DNA from: Plasmodiophora brassicae
Taxonomy: Eukaryota
Reading direction: 5' to 3'
DNA: 57,648 bases
Assembly (NCBI GenBank): GCA_036867785.1
Contig: CP145411.1
Span: forward strand, 1,798,001-1,855,648
The stretch's first letter is position 1, and each line of letters opens with the position of its first letter. This document shows, one piece after another, positions 13,301 through 25,056 of this stretch. The notes under the pieces are model-generated. The model was given only the letters and a program-made list of their open reading frames with translations. It did not search any database and was not told the DNA's origin. A program made the position numbers and the translations under genes.

Positions 13301-13827
13301 CGGCGATCGGGCGGACCAGCGTACGAATGTCGCGGCAGATATCGGCGACCTGCTGCTGCGACGATTCGGACTTTGACGAGATCGATGCGATCTTCTTGAA
13401 CAGGTCGGACACGACCTCCTGCGTGTCGTGCAGCGCCGTTCGTGTCCGGACGCGGGAGCAGGCCGCTTCCCGAATCCCGCTGCGTGAACGTCGCCAGGAT
13501 CAGTCGGATTGCGTGTCGCTGCCGCAGTCGACGGCAGGCGAACCTTCGAATGTCGGCGTCCAGTGCAGCGCACTGGCGTTCGATTTCGGTGACGCGCGTG
13601 CCGAGGTCGCCCAGCGCATCCGGCCCCGGCAGCATCGCGTTGATGAACGCGTCCCGGTCGAACGTGGGCGCATCCAGCATCTCCCTAAGCCGTTCGTCGA
13701 CGTCGTCCTCGGGCGTGGCGCCTGGCGCCGCCGCCCCCGCCTGGGCCTGCTCCCGGCGCACATGGACGATCTCGCGCACGATGCCCTCGCATCGGTCGCT
13801 GAGCACAAAGTCGCCGCCTGGCACCAT
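10396..13827 (-). CDS. VPS53: GARP complex subunit VPS53 (many exons)
   Basis: LDAPTFDRDAFINAMLP; DIAKKNLSRTILALKQLHMM; ILTKTISFERDM; KRINDFGAQQLLLDTEALKTVLLNLP; DLSRIMDLKGMKKSDQQ. Confidence 0.9.
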
Positions 13828-14054
13828 TTTGCGACAGTGATGGGGCCAAAACGCGTCCGCCCGACAGAGTGGTTCGCCGGGTTCGGTGGGCGCGCGCCCG
13901 ACGCCGACCTGTCTCGCAGTGCGACGACTGCCGCCGCTGTACAGCAGAACGTGCGCGCCGCGAGTCGTCTTCTGTCACAGTGCGTGCGACTTGTGGGTCT
14001 GCAGCACCAGTCGTGAACAATGACGCGCGACGTCGCTCTATGCCCATCCGTGTG

Positions 14055-16078
14055 TTATTGTTGGCATCGATGCGTACCGCCATTGGATCGGAGGACAGCC
14101 CGGCGGGCGCATTCGTCCCAGTCGGTTCGATAGACGACCACGGCGGCGACGACGACAAAGGCCAGGTACCCGACCGACAGGCCCGTCCACAACCCCGCCA
14201 GGTACAGATGCCACTTGAACGCAAAGACGTACGCTAGCGGCAGCGACATGCCCCAGGTGCACTGCACAACAACAGACGTTGAGGGGTCGGGTCAACGCAG
14301 GCACCTGCAGGGGGGATTTACGAGGCAACCAAGGACGGCGACGGGCATGGGGCGACCCTGCCCGAACAGGATAGATTCCAGCGATATCAGAACGCTGCAG
14401 GCAGCAATTGGCGCAAACGGTCAGCGGGCGGATGACCAGGTAGAGCAATGACGGATGGCAACCTGACGCCCACGTAGGATATGGACAGGACGAACATGAG
14501 CGCCGACATGTCCTGCCAGACGGCGGGGTCGTTAGAGAACAGATGGCCGATGACGTTCCGCATGGCGAGCAGCGCGAGGCCAACCAGACCACCGAGGACA
14601 ACGGAAACCAGAAGCGAGACTCTTGCCGAACGCATCGCGTTCGTCGGGTGATTTGCACCTGTAGGTGGCATGAGACAATATCGCAGACAGGCTAGCGCTG
14701 CCGAATCGCTGCTACCGAGATGGTACCCGACACGGCAGGTCGTCGCCTTGGCCAAGCCGAACGAGAAGCAGTGTAACGCGAAGAACACGTTGAAGACGGC
14801 CGACTGCGTGGCAACATCGACAACGCCTGCCAGCAACGCACGCGTCAGCAGATGATTCAGAGCGGCCGGCAGCATACACGCGACCGGACCCAGGCTGGCC
14901 GCCATCAACGTCACGACTTCCATTTGCTGAACGAGGGACAGAGAGGACGTCACAACGGGGCGATGGCGAACGCTGGCAGCGCACCGACCCATTGCTCGAT
15001 CGCGTTGCCAATCATGGTCGGGAGCGTCTGCCGAAAGTATTCAGCAACGTCGCGCCTCGTGAACCAGTAGACGATGGAGGTATCCGGCCAGGTTTGCCGA
15101 TGCAGCCCTTTCCAAGCGCCCGCATACGTGATGAAGACCAGTGGTTGCAGGGTACGGGAGACGGAGGTGGCAATGGCGGACCCGACGAACCCCAGGCCAG
15201 GCCACGAGCCGATGCCGTGCACGAAGACGACATTGAGGACCAGGTTGACAGCAACGAACGCCATGTTGTTGTACAGTTGCGGCAGGACGATGCCCTGTGC
15301 TTGGAAGTACTGCCGAACGGCGTAGTAGACCTCGTTCGGGATCAGGCCCCAGATCGACCAGAACGCATACTCGTTCGCCAGGGACCTGCAGCGGGCAACA
15401 GCAGTCAGCCCCCCGCATCGAGCAGGTTGGTTGCCGCATCTGACGCGATGTGTGGGGGCGCGCCCAGCCAGAGAAGGATGTCCCCTGGGGCCAACGAGCG
15501 GGATGAGATGACGGCAGGAGGACGGATCGTACAGCAGGGCTGACCGGTGAACATCCAGCAGACCATGACGGGAACGCACATGAGCGTTGTGATGATCAGC
15601 CCGATCTGCAGCCACTGCCCAACGAGCCTATAATTCTGGGCGCCGTACGCCTGCGAGCATAGCGCTGACCACATGCAGGTTCGTCAGGCGGCGCGCTGCG
15701 ATGTGCGCCTAATCCGCGCAACACAGACCGTTCAGGGCATCGGCCGCTGTGGACGGGAACGTGCCGGTGACGTCCATGACGACGTAGGACATGGCGGCGG
15801 CGGCCAGGTATTCCGTTCCGCCCTGCAGGTGGCCCAGGACGGATATATCAGTGACTGCCACTATACAGGGAACGGGCACGTCGTGCCGCGTCGTTAGCCA
15901 TTTGCCGGGGACACGGGATGGCCCAACGCACGGAACTGATCATCCGGCAGAACGAGGAGAACCCGACGGGCCATCCGACGCGGATCAGGGTGGACAGCTC
16001 CGACCGGTAGGCGACGGGCTCATCACCGGCCAGCAGTGGCGACGTTAGCCCCAGCTGGGCGACAGGCTGCGGGTACAT
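14055..16078 (-). CDS. MATE family efflux transporter (multi-exon; 3' end approximate)
   Basis: ELSTLIRVGWPV; ALCSQAYGAQNY; GLGFVGSAIATSVSR; TCRVGYHLG; LAGLWTGLSVGY; about 12 hydrophobic segments. Confidence 0.88.
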
Positions 16079-16575
16079 GGGCCTCGCGCGGAGCACTTGT
16101 TGTTGTATTGCCCCTCCCCCCAAACAGGAATGTGTGGGCCGCGCGGCGCGCGCTTGTGCCGTACGCACCGCCCCCAGCCAGCCAGCGGCGCCCCGCCCAG
16201 ACCGACCAGGCCGTTCATTCGTTTTCTGCCAACCTGCCCCATGCCCCATGGGGCTACCCTGGGCGTCTCACCCGACTCCACGTTTCCGGACGCGGAAATA
16301 CGTCTTGAGCGGACAAACGTGGGCCAAAGTGCATAAAGGAACGCCCAGCGTCGGGATTGCCATTGTGACTGTTGGCCGGCCGATATCCATACCCGGTCTG
16401 TCAAACAGTTATAGCACTACTGTAATCCGCCCCGGGCGGTCGTGCTCCTAGGTGACGTCACGATTGTGTACGCCACCGGGATCTGCAGAGAGAGAGAGAG
16501 AGCAAGATATCGACAGCCCGGGGGGCACGTGCCGTCCCGCGGGACGACTAGTGGGATCATTCGCCTGGGTTGACG

Positions 16576-17685
16576 ATGGGGAAGAACTACTACGCCCTGC
16601 TGGGCGTTAGCCGCCTGGCGTCGGATGTCGACATCAAGCGCGCGTTCCGCAAGCTGGCCCTGATCTGGTAGGTTCGGGCGCACGCGGTGCACGTGTGTGC
16701 ACGCACCGACGCCCCGTTGCCCGTAGGCACCCGGAGCGGAACCCGACGGACGCCACGAACGCGCGTCGCAAATTTGACGACATTTGCGAGGCATACACCG
16801 TGCTCATCTCCTGTAAGTGTCACACCGTGCATGCACGCGCCGTTGTCGTTGAACGGAGCGCGGGCAGTGCCAACGCGTGCCATCTACGACCTGCACGGCG
16901 AAGACGTCCTGAAGCGCGGGCAGCCGGACGGGCAGGGCGGTTTCCAAGGCGCCTGGGCCATGAAGGACAGCAGCGAGGAGGTGTTCAGCAAGTTCTTTGG
17001 CGCCAACAACCCGTTCATGGTCGACGCGGCTCTGCTTGCCAGCGGGCAGCAACCGTCACGAGCGCTGGCTCCCGTCGAACCGATTCGGGTCGTCCTATAC
17101 GTGACCCTCGAAGAGGTGTATACCGGGTTCCTGCGCACAGTCACGGTTACGCGCCAGATCGTGGCACCGGACCAGCAGACCACACTGGATCAGCCGGTCG
17201 ACCTCCAGGTCCACGCGCAAAGGCGATTGCTTCCGTCGTGTACCCCCTGACCAGGTATTGTGCAGGTACCGATTCGCCCGGGTATGGCGGCGGGCACCCG
17301 CGTCCTGTTCCGAGGCATGGGGAATCAGACGTTGATGCACACGGGTGACATCGAGGTGGAGGTCCAGCTGGCCCCGCACCCGACCTACCGCCGCCAGGGC
17401 AACGACCTCATCGTCCGCCAGTCGGTCTACATTGCCGATGCGCTGGGCGGCGGCCTCGTCCGCGTACCCATGCTGGACGGTCGCACACTCAGCGTCCCCA
17501 TCGCCCAAGTCGTCTGCGCCGGATCCCACAAGAAGATCGCGGGCGAGGGCCTCGTCGGGCCCGACGGGCAGCGCGGCGACCTGTTCGTCGAGTTCAACGT
17601 CACGTACCCCGACCAGATCCCGTTCGACAACAAGGTCGCCATACGAGCGCTCCTTCCTGCGCCGATCGCCCCGTCACGCTCCTAG
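16576..17685 (+). CDS. DNAJB13: Type II Hsp40, DNAJB13/RSP16-like (flagellar radial spoke)
   Basis: [28 protein letters not shown] (non-canonical HPD); [26 protein letters not shown]-terminal DnaJ domain [11 protein letters not shown]...[13 protein letters not shown]. Confidence 0.8.
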
Positions 17686-17840
17686 GGCGGCGTTGTGGCG
17701 CGGACGCGCGCAGATCTCGACACTGCCTAATGCACACACTGTCGGACAATGCGCAAATGTGCGGCGCAAATGCAGTCGCGCAGTGAAGGTTCATCCAGCA
17801 CACTGAATGCTGCGGCCGTGCGTCGCGGGTTGCTGCTGCC

Positions 17841-20505
17841 CTACCGTGGGCCACCGGGCAGCTTCGGCGCTGCTAGACGGCGGCGGACGGGGCGGTCGGC
17901 GTCGGCGTCGAAATAGATGTGCACGTTGCCGGGTTTGTCCCGGAACTCGGACCGCCCCAACCGCGGTGATCGTCCCGTGTCGGATGGCGGATGCTTGTCG
18001 CTGCCCAAATGGTGGTCGACGCGATGACCTTGCTGATGAGCGATCCTGTGCGAGCCAGTGCTGCCTTCGTCGTCGACGCCGCCGTCGTCGCCGTCGACCT
18101 TGCGGCGGCGCGCACCAATGGCGATCTGTTCGTGTTGGAGGAGCAGGAACTCAGTGAAGGCCATCCAGTTACGATACGCGCGGTCGCGCGCCATTGGCCA
18201 CCCTTGGTATGCCTGGTCGTCATCATCGTCGGCATGCTCGGCGCTCCCGCGCAGCAGGTCGCATTGCACACCCCGACTGTTATCCATGACGCACCTCCAG
18301 GCTCTCTCCAGTTGCAGCTCGACCTCGTCGACCATATCATCGTCGTCTTCTGACGCAACCACATCGTCATATTCGTCATCGTACTCCTCCTCCGCTTCGT
18401 TTTCGTCGCCCGACGTTGTCGTCACCCCCGCTCGAGGGGCCGGTCGACCTCCTGGCGCGCCCCCATCCAGGACGTCATCTTCCTCTGGTTCAGCACCCGC
18501 CGACGAAGCCATGGACGACGAATCGTCATGGAACGCGTCAAAGTCGTCCCGTGCTGGCAACTGGAACGCCGCCTGGTCGTCGTTGTCGTCGGCCGCGTCT
18601 GTTTTCTGTCGGGTCGTGATGTCCTTCCGGCCACCCGCACCAGCGACCGTGTCGTTGCCGGCGACCACGCGCTCCTCGGTCTGCGCTGTCGCATGCTGAT
18701 CCGGACGCGCCGCCTTGTACCCCGAGCGCAGAGCAGAGGCAACGAGCACGGCGCCCCCCGCTCGTAGCAGTTCCGAGGACGATAGCGATCGGCGGTGTGG
18801 GCGCCGCTGGCCCCGTTGCGGCTCAGGTGACCTGGCCTGGTGCTTCGTCGCTGTGACGACGCCGGCGCGCCGCGTCTGCTCGGAACGCCAACCCGGTTCA
18901 TGCTGTGGCGGCGCGCCGTCGTCGCCCGCGAATGGTGGCAACAGGTCCTTCCCCGCCAGCACCTGGACGTGTTCCGGCTGCGCCTGCCCGCTGACCTGCA
19001 CCGCTGTGATGAACGGGGCGCCGTCGCCCTTCGGGTCCATTCCGGGCCCGCCCTTGTTCGCAACGTGGAACTCGGTCCGCATGGCGCCGATCATCGTGTC
19101 CGGCAGCAGGGAGAAGTCGCTCATCGTCTTACGGTTCTTGGGCGTCTCCGTGGCCGTGACCTCCCCCGACACGGCTCGTCGGGAGGAGCGCCGCCGCCGC
19201 CGGTTCTGTGCCTCGATGGACGCGAGCTGGCGAGCGCGACGCGCGATCTCCTCCTCCGATGTCAGCAGGTGCGTCGAGAACGAGTCCGCCAGCACCTCCT
19301 CCGTCTTCTGCCATTCCGTCTTCTCGGCCTCGAACGCGCTCTTCAGCGCGTTCACCTCGCGCTGACTGCGACACACACACACCGCGTTGTCAGATCGCAG
19401 GACGGGGCGGGCGCCGCGATACACCGATTACTGTTCCGCCTTCAGCTGGTCGATCGTCTGATGGAGCGCGGCGATCTGCGAGCGGAGGCCCTCCTCGCCG
19501 GCGACGAGCGCTCTGGAGACGGACGACGCCGACAGCGAATTGTCGAGGCGCTGCTCCAGGCTGGCGATGCGGGCGCGTAACGCGTGCACCTCGACCTGGT
19601 GCTCGTCGGCGGAAAGACCCTTCTCCTCCTTCAGCGACTTCATCTGCTCGCGCATCTCCTTCACCTGCCGGTGCAGGCGATCGGCCAGCTCGGCCTGCTT
19701 CAGGCACTCCGCCCTGCTGCTGTCCAGGTCGTCGTTCAGCAGCTGGACCTGCAGGATTGGCAGGTCAGGATTAGGGCCCAGCCGTGCCATACGCGCCGTC
19801 CCCTACCTGCATATCGAACGTCTTGCCGCGGTGCACGAGCTTCGCGTTGGCTTCCTGGAGCAGCCGGTTCCATTCGGCGGCCTCCAGGCGACCGTCGCCG
19901 TCGAACCGGATCCGGGACCCTTTGCGCTTCAGGTCGGGTTTGTAGTCGGCCGGGTACGTGGCCAGCGACACGCCGTGCAATTGCCTGGAGTCCAGGACGC
20001 GGTCCTTGTCGTACTGGGCGATCAGGGCCTTCAGCGCCAGGACCTGGTCGTAGTACTGGCGGCGCTGGTCGCAGAGCAGCGCGTTGCGCCTGTCGATCTG
20101 CGCCGTCATGTACAATTCTTGCTGGTCGCGTTCGGCAACGACGGCCTCGAGCTCCACGACGTACTGGCGGGTGTCCTGCACCTCGCGCTCCATGTCGGCG
20201 ACGCGCTGGTCGCATCGGTGCATGAGCGCGGCACAGTCCTGCAGCGTCCACAGCCGGGAGACGACATCGTCGAACAGCGACGCGATCGCCTGCGTCAGGT
20301 GGACCTGCGGGGCCTGGGCGCCGTCCAGCGATGACGCGGATAGCAGGGCGTCGCTGACGGCATTCAGGTCCAGCAGGTCGGGCAGGACCGGCAGACGTTC
20401 GTTGGTGGTGCTGCCTGTCGCCCCCTCCACCGTCGTTGTCCGATCGTCGACGTCGTAGTCGTCATCGACATGGCCAGGTACCGGCCCGATGGACGTCGTC
20501 ATCAC
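17841..20505 (-). CDS. Hypothetical coiled-coil protein with acidic low-complexity C-terminus (~3 exons)
   Basis: Three consecutive minus-strand ORFs (19771-20505, 19428-19790, 17841-19424) with heptad-rich E/Q/R/L composition, joined by plausible short introns. Confidence 0.65.
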
Positions 20506-20708
20506 GACAGCGGCGGTGCCTTGCCCATGATTAGACGTCGGTGCCGTTTATTACAGCGGTCGTGGGGCGGGTACCGTGTGCGACCTGAAACGATACGTCG
20601 ACGTCACGTACCACGCCTGACCGTCGTGACGTCATGCCTTCCGCTGTGGAACGTACGCTGGCGTATCGGAATGACGTCAGTTCGCCAACAAAACGTCACT
20701 GGCCACCG

Positions 20709-21192
20709 ATGCGCTCCCTCAGCAGCATTGTCGTCGTGCTGGCCGCGATCGGCATCGTGTTGTCGGTTGTGGTGCCAAGAGGTCACGCGGCCTGGCTTCG
20801 CACGGAATCAGGCGGGGTCGATGATCACCACGAAGACGGGGAGAAAGTACGGCCCATCAGGATGCGCACGCGCACGCAATTGGTCTGCTAAACGCGCGCG
20901 CTGCCTGCTACAGGACATACATCGGCACAGTTTCAAGCACGACGACTCGGACAGTGCGACGACGACCGGGAACGTCCAGGTGACAGGTAACGGGAACGCG
21001 CGCCCGCCCCCCGCCGTCCGTTGCTGAACCTCTCGACCTGTAGGCACGGACACGCTGAACGGGAACTACTTTCACGAGTACGGCCACGACGACGAAGACG
21101 ACGACCTCGACATGGGCGGCGATGACGACGGCGCGCACCACCACCACCACCACGGGCTGTTCGGCCTGTTCGGCCACGACGACCACTTCTAG
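20709..21192 (+). CDS. Small secreted His/Asp-rich protein (~120 aa, 3 exons)
   Basis: Signal peptide MRSLSSIVVVLAAIGIVLSVVVPRGHA. Introns at 20847-20913 and ~20987-21043 splice in frame to ...EYGHDDEDDDLDMGGDDDGAHHHHHHGLFGLFGHDDHF*. Confidence 0.7.
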
Positions 21193-21365
21193 GCGCCGCC
21201 CTATGATATTTGCTGCGCGCGTCCCGTATCATACATTTGGGAAACGACCTGTTCGCATGTGCGTTCCTGTTGCGCGCTGTGGGCGTTGTTGCACGGCCAG
21301 GTCGCCTCGCCCCCCGCCATGGCGGAGTCCGCCGTCGGAGTCGCCCTGATCATTGGCGCCGTGCG

Positions 21366-23789
21366 ATGCGCCTGGCCGCAGCCTGGCGCCCTTCGAGGCG
21401 CAACTGTACGTTGGCTGCCTGTCGCACGCGCGTTAACACCTTGACGTCTGCGCTCGGTGCTCCTCGTCGCTGCTCCCACGCAGCGCAGCACGACGCACCG
21501 GTCCGACGCGGGGCGCCTCGGCCGTCTCCGCCGACGGCTGCGTTCTTTCAGCATCCATCTGTCCCGCTGGCGATTCAGGTCCTGCGTCATCCCGGCACGG
21601 ATCCTCGTCAGGCATGGGCCGTGTTCGAACGCGTCGTCGACGGGCGATCCCCGGTCGCCGTCCCGTTCTTCATGCGCATGCTGCAATTCTGCCAGCGCGC
21701 CCTGCCGTCCAAGGCCGCGGAGGTCATGCGCGCCGCGATCGCCCAGCGCGTCCCGGTGGACGAGGCCCTGTTCTGCACGTTCCTCGCAGCGTGCAAGCGT
21801 GCGGTTCCTGCGCTGGACCGCGACGCCCTCGACCTGTACCAGCGCGCTGGACCCATCACCCATAACGTTCTGTGCAGCCTTGCTGGGGTTTGCCGGGCGG
21901 CCCACAATCCCGAGTCGGCGCTGCCGCTCGTGTCGGACGCTGCCGAACACGGCGTACAGATCAGCGATGTTCTGCTATCCGTGTTCGCCGCGTGCTGTGC
22001 CGAAGCGCACAGCGCGCTGGGTGCCGCGACGGCCGCGCGTATCCTGGGCCTGATTCGATCCAACCGGATCGCCCCGTACCGGAACCATCAGCTGTACGCC
22101 AACCTGGCCAAGGCGTTCCTGTCGCAGAAACGATTCGACGACGCCGTCGCCATGATCCCGTTCCTGGATTCCATCGGCATGCCGCCGACTCAGCACCTGT
22201 TCGGGATGGTCATTGGCGCGCTCGTCAACGACGGCGCCGTCGCCCCAGCGATGTCCGTCTTTCATTCGATGCGAGCGCGATGCGTCTCGTTGCTGCCCGA
22301 AGTGTTTACCAGCCTTGTGACGTCGTGCGGCAATGGCGGCCACCTCGACCCGCTTCAGACGCTGTACGCGTACGCCGTCGACGCCGATCAGGCCGTACTG
22401 CAAGACGCCTATATCGTCTCTGCATTCATCGTGGCATTCAGCCGGTGCGGCCGCGTCGACATCGCCCAAGTCGTGTTCCGGCGGGTGCCGGGCCCAAGTG
22501 CGGCCGTGTCCAGCGCCATGGTCAGCGCGCTGACCAGCGCCGAGCGTATCGACGACGCCCTGGACGTGTTCCAGGCGATGGTTGAACGCGGCACGGCGCC
22601 CCCCGGCCGAACGTTCGCCGGCCTTGTCACTGGCTGTGCCCGGCATTCCACGCTCGGCCCGCTTCAGGCATTGTACCAGCATGCGACCCGCTCGAACCCG
22701 GCGCTCCTGGACGACACGTTCATTCTGAGTGCATTCGTGTACGCGTTCGGCTGCTGGTCGGACCTGGCCACGGTGCGGTCGTTGCACGAGTACGCGGCGG
22801 GTCGCCCGATCACGATCGACGAGGCCGTCGTCAGTGCGTTCGTCAGCGCGTACGCCCGGTGCGGGCAGCTCCACGAGGCGGATCGTCTGCTGCTGCGCTC
22901 CGCACCGGGCCTGTCTGGGTACAACGCCATGATCGCGGCATACGGTCGCTGCGGGATGCTGTCCGATGCGGTGGCCACGTTCGCCCGCCTGAAGCAGTCG
23001 GGTCTGAAACCCGACGCGCGAACGCTGACGTCCCTGCTGTCCGCCTGTGCACACGCCGCGGATTCGCAACGCGCCCAGGCGCTGATGTCCGAATTCGAAT
23101 CGCAATGGAAGGTCCAGCTCGACGGTTGGCACCGGAACTGCCTGATCGACCTGCGATGCAGGCTGGGCGATCTGGACCTGGCCGAGCAGATGGCCAGGAC
23201 GTCGCCGACGAAGAACATCGTGGCCTGGCTGCCGATACTGTCGGCCTGTCTGACGCTCGGCGACCTGGGCCGGGCCGAGCGCTGCTTCGCTGCCCTGCTC
23301 CTGTTGCCAGTGTCTCGGCCGCACCTGCTGACCGCGTATGACATCATGGCCGACATCTATGCCGCCGCTGGTCGCCAGGCCGACGTGGACCGCCTGCGGG
23401 CCGACCTGCATGCCAGGGGCCTATCCAGCGTTCCTAGTCGCACGTCGCTGGTGCTCGCCAGCCGGACTGTGCAATTCCGATGCGGTGACGATGATGATGA
23501 TGATGGAGGTGACGTTCCCAGCCTCCTAGCGCAGGACCTGTCAAGCCGGGGCACCGACGCCGCTGCCTTGTTCCGGTGCCACAGCGAGCTCAGGGCAGTC
23601 TCGTACGGTCTGGAGGCGGTTCCGCCCGGCGACCCAATCTACGCGACCAAGACCACGCGCGTGTCCGCTCAGTGCCACGATGCGATCGGGCGCGCCTCGG
23701 CTCTGTACCGCCGCGAGATATCGATCCAGGAGGCGACCAGGTATCACCGGTTCCGCAACGGGCAATGCTCCTGCCAGGGGTATCGGTAG
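21366..23789 (+). CDS. Intronless PPR protein with E and DYW-like deaminase domain, predicted mitochondrial
   Basis: Arg-rich presequence; PPR motifs such as YNAMIAAYGRCGMLSDAVATFARLKQSGLKPDARTLTSLLSACAH; E motif IVAWLPILSAC..AYDIMADIYAAAGR; DYW-like end HSELRAVSYGL..TKTTRVSAQCHDAI..YHRFRNGQCSCQGYR*. Confidence 0.9.
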   Translation: MRLAAAWRPSRRNCTLAACRTRVNTLTSALGAPRRCSHAAQHDAPVRRGAPRPSPPTAAFFQHPSVPLAIQVLRHPGTDPRQAWAVFERVVDGRSPVAVPFFMRMLQFCQRALPSKAAEVMRAAIAQRVPVDEALFCTFLAACKRAVPALDRDALDLYQRAGPITHNVLCSLAGVCRAAHNPESALPLVSDAAEHGVQISDVLLSVFAACCAEAHSALGAATAARILGLIRSNRIAPYRNHQLYANLAKAFLSQKRFDDAVAMIPFLDSIGMPPTQHLFGMVIGALVNDGAVAPAMSVFHSMRARCVSLLPEVFTSLVTSCGNGGHLDPLQTLYAYAVDADQAVLQDAYIVSAFIVAFSRCGRVDIAQVVFRRVPGPSAAVSSAMVSALTSAERIDDALDVFQAMVERGTAPPGRTFAGLVTGCARHSTLGPLQALYQHATRSNPALLDDTFILSAFVYAFGCWSDLATVRSLHEYAAGRPITIDEAVVSAFVSAYARCGQLHEADRLLLRSAPGLSGYNAMIAAYGRCGMLSDAVATFARLKQSGLKPDARTLTSLLSACAHAADSQRAQALMSEFESQWKVQLDGWHRNCLIDLRCRLGDLDLAEQMARTSPTKNIVAWLPILSACLTLGDLGRAERCFAALLLLPVSRPHLLTAYDIMADIYAAAGRQADVDRLRADLHARGLSSVPSRTSLVLASRTVQFRCGDDDDDDGGDVPSLLAQDLSSRGTDAAALFRCHSELRAVSYGLEAVPPGDPIYATKTTRVSAQCHDAIGRASALYRREISIQEATRYHRFRNGQCSCQGYR

Positions 23790-24025
23790 CGCCCTCTATT
23801 TATCGTACACACAGCGAACGATGTGTGCTCGACCTACGACGAGAACGAGGACCTAGTAGCGTCGTAGTCGGCATGATCGTCTGTCTAGATGACAGGGCGC
23901 AGACCAACGCGTCTAGCAGATATCGTGCGCGTTTACGTATACGGGTATCGCCGAGATCAGGTGCAAATTGCTTGACGCTCGGCAGCACTCGATGGTATTG
24001 GACGCGACGGTTTCCGCCGAGGTTG

Positions 24026-24611
24026 TCACTGTGCGCTTCCCAGGCCAATCACGCCGCACGCGACCCGACCTGTACGAACGTCGTCAGACACGTTGCCTAG
24101 GCAGATCGAGGAGGATCAAGGGGGTCGCATGTACCTCCGGCGTTGCCGGTCGTCTTCGACAGTTCGTGGCCGCCCTTACCGAGGTCATCGACGCCTGCAG
24201 ACGACACGTCAGGTTTGGCCTGTTGTGGACACGCAGCAACAATACGGTACCCTCGTGAACGACGAACGCGCGTCCAACAATGGAGTATTGGCCCGTCAGC
24301 GACAGCTGGCGATCGACGATATCGACGACGGCGACGCCTTCGGCATTGGCGGTGATGTTGCCAAGGTCGCCGACGTGCCGCTCGGTGTCGGCGGGCGCGC
24401 CATGCGTCTTGCCGAACGGATTGTAGTGCCCGCCGGTCGATGCGCACCCTTGCGTCGTGTCGCCGTGCTCATGGACGTGGAAGCCGTGCTGGCCGGGCGT
24501 CAGCCCCTCGATCTTGCCCGTCACCTTCACCGGGTCACCGTCCGATCCCTGCGACAGGGTCACCAACCCATGGACGCCTTCGCCGCGGATCACACAGACG
24601 CCCTTGCGCAT
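24026..24611 (-). CDS. SOD1: Cu/Zn superoxide dismutase (3 exons)
   Basis: [78 protein letters not shown]. Confidence 0.97.
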
Positions 24612-25056
24612 CGTTCAACGACCTGCGGTCCACCCCCTCCCGGCTTCGCCGAACCAATCCGCGCTTGTCCGCCGTCCCGCTGCCCAAACCCGCGCGGACA
24701 ACTCGCGGTCCGGACCGTCCGCTGCCCGTGCGCTGTCCCGCGCAGACGCAGTCGCGCGTTGCTCGGCGCGCATTGCTCAGCAGACACACGGCACTGCGCG
24801 CAGGCCGCCGCTTCCTTCGGGCGGTCGACGCATGACGGGAGGTCGTTCGGCAGACCCCCGACGACGGTATGCATCCGACACGCGGGTGTCTCCTCCTCGC
24901 CTGCTGCGACATGCTCCGTCGACTCGGGCGTCATCGCCCTTTTGTGGGTGCGCACTGCGCTTGCGGTACCCGATGCGGTCCACTGAACGAATGCTGTCTC
25001 AAGAGCGCGCACGTTGCATTTACCCGTCGGGCGTGGCTGTGCTATCGACGTCGGTG

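Noticed and set aside
16487-16503. (GA)n microsatellite; also (ACT)n at ~34493-34516
   Set aside because: Ordinary simple repeats.
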